Assembly (NCBI RefSeq): GCF_006345805.1
Contig: NC_042999.1
Coordinates: 77,686,001 to 77,750,000, forward strand
Source of the DNA: Octopus sinensis
Taxonomy: Eukaryota
Direction: 5' to 3'
DNA length: 64,000 nt
Shown in pieces: positions 63,760 through 64,000 of this stretch. The notes beneath the pieces were generated by a model. The model saw only the letters and a program-made list of their open reading frames with translations. It had not been told where the DNA came from and did not search any database. Position numbers and translations under genes: made by a program. The number at the start of each line of letters is the position of its first letter. Position 1 is the first letter of the stretch.

Positions 63760-63966
63760 CTAATAGAAATTGAAAAATGTGGCATCTCAAGGCGACTACA
63801 GTACCAGTGATTGTAGGATCTCTAGGAATGATAAAAAAAAGGTACTGAAACCTATTTGAAAATGATTCCAGGCTTACCATACCTACAGGAAGTGCAAAAA
63901 ATCGTATTAACTGGAACGGCTCATGTACTGAGAAGAGCATTATCGCTGTGAAAACAACGTCCATCC
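63689..63966 (+). mobile_element. (TAA)n array followed by the extreme 3' end of an R4/Dong-type LINE
   Basis: Across frameshifts: IEIEK.WHLKATTVPVIVGSLGMIKK..VQKIVLTGTAHVLRRALSL*. Confidence 0.75.
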
Positions 63967-64000
63967 ATAATTTATTTATTTATTAATTTTTAAATACATA

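Overview
Eukaryotic, AT-rich, microsatellite-dense genomic DNA. The SINE and repeat content looks like Octopus (coleoid cephalopod); this is an inference from recognised repeat families. One host gene spans the window on the + strand. Nine exons reconstructed by hand (2076-10774, 14649-14716, 21241-21431, 25528-27077, 31321-31388, 34027-34172, 35596-36168, 52238-54508, 60908-61027) splice in frame with canonical GT-AG sites into 13,686 nt (4,562 codons). They encode the internal part of a giant mucin-like protein: RKKR furin site, ~2,850-aa Thr/Ser-rich region with 157 heptad repeats, SEA (GSVNV), Ser-rich linker, SEA (GSVVV), Ser-rich linkers, calcium-binding EGF. Both ends of the gene lie outside the window. 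The introns hold decayed Tc1/mariner elements, R4/Dong, Tx1, RTE, CR1 and Penelope-like retroelement fragments, tRNA-derived SINEs and MITEs. The least expected signal is about 15 type I hammerhead ribozyme (HHR)-like motifs from several unrelated sequence families. Several occur as divergent inverted pairs, one within a perfect 160-bp palindrome. One has a compensatory U3-A8 core and sits in a 360-nt unit with 106-bp identical direct repeats, resembling a retrozyme copied from a circular RNA. All RNA folds were derived by eye and none has been tested for activity.
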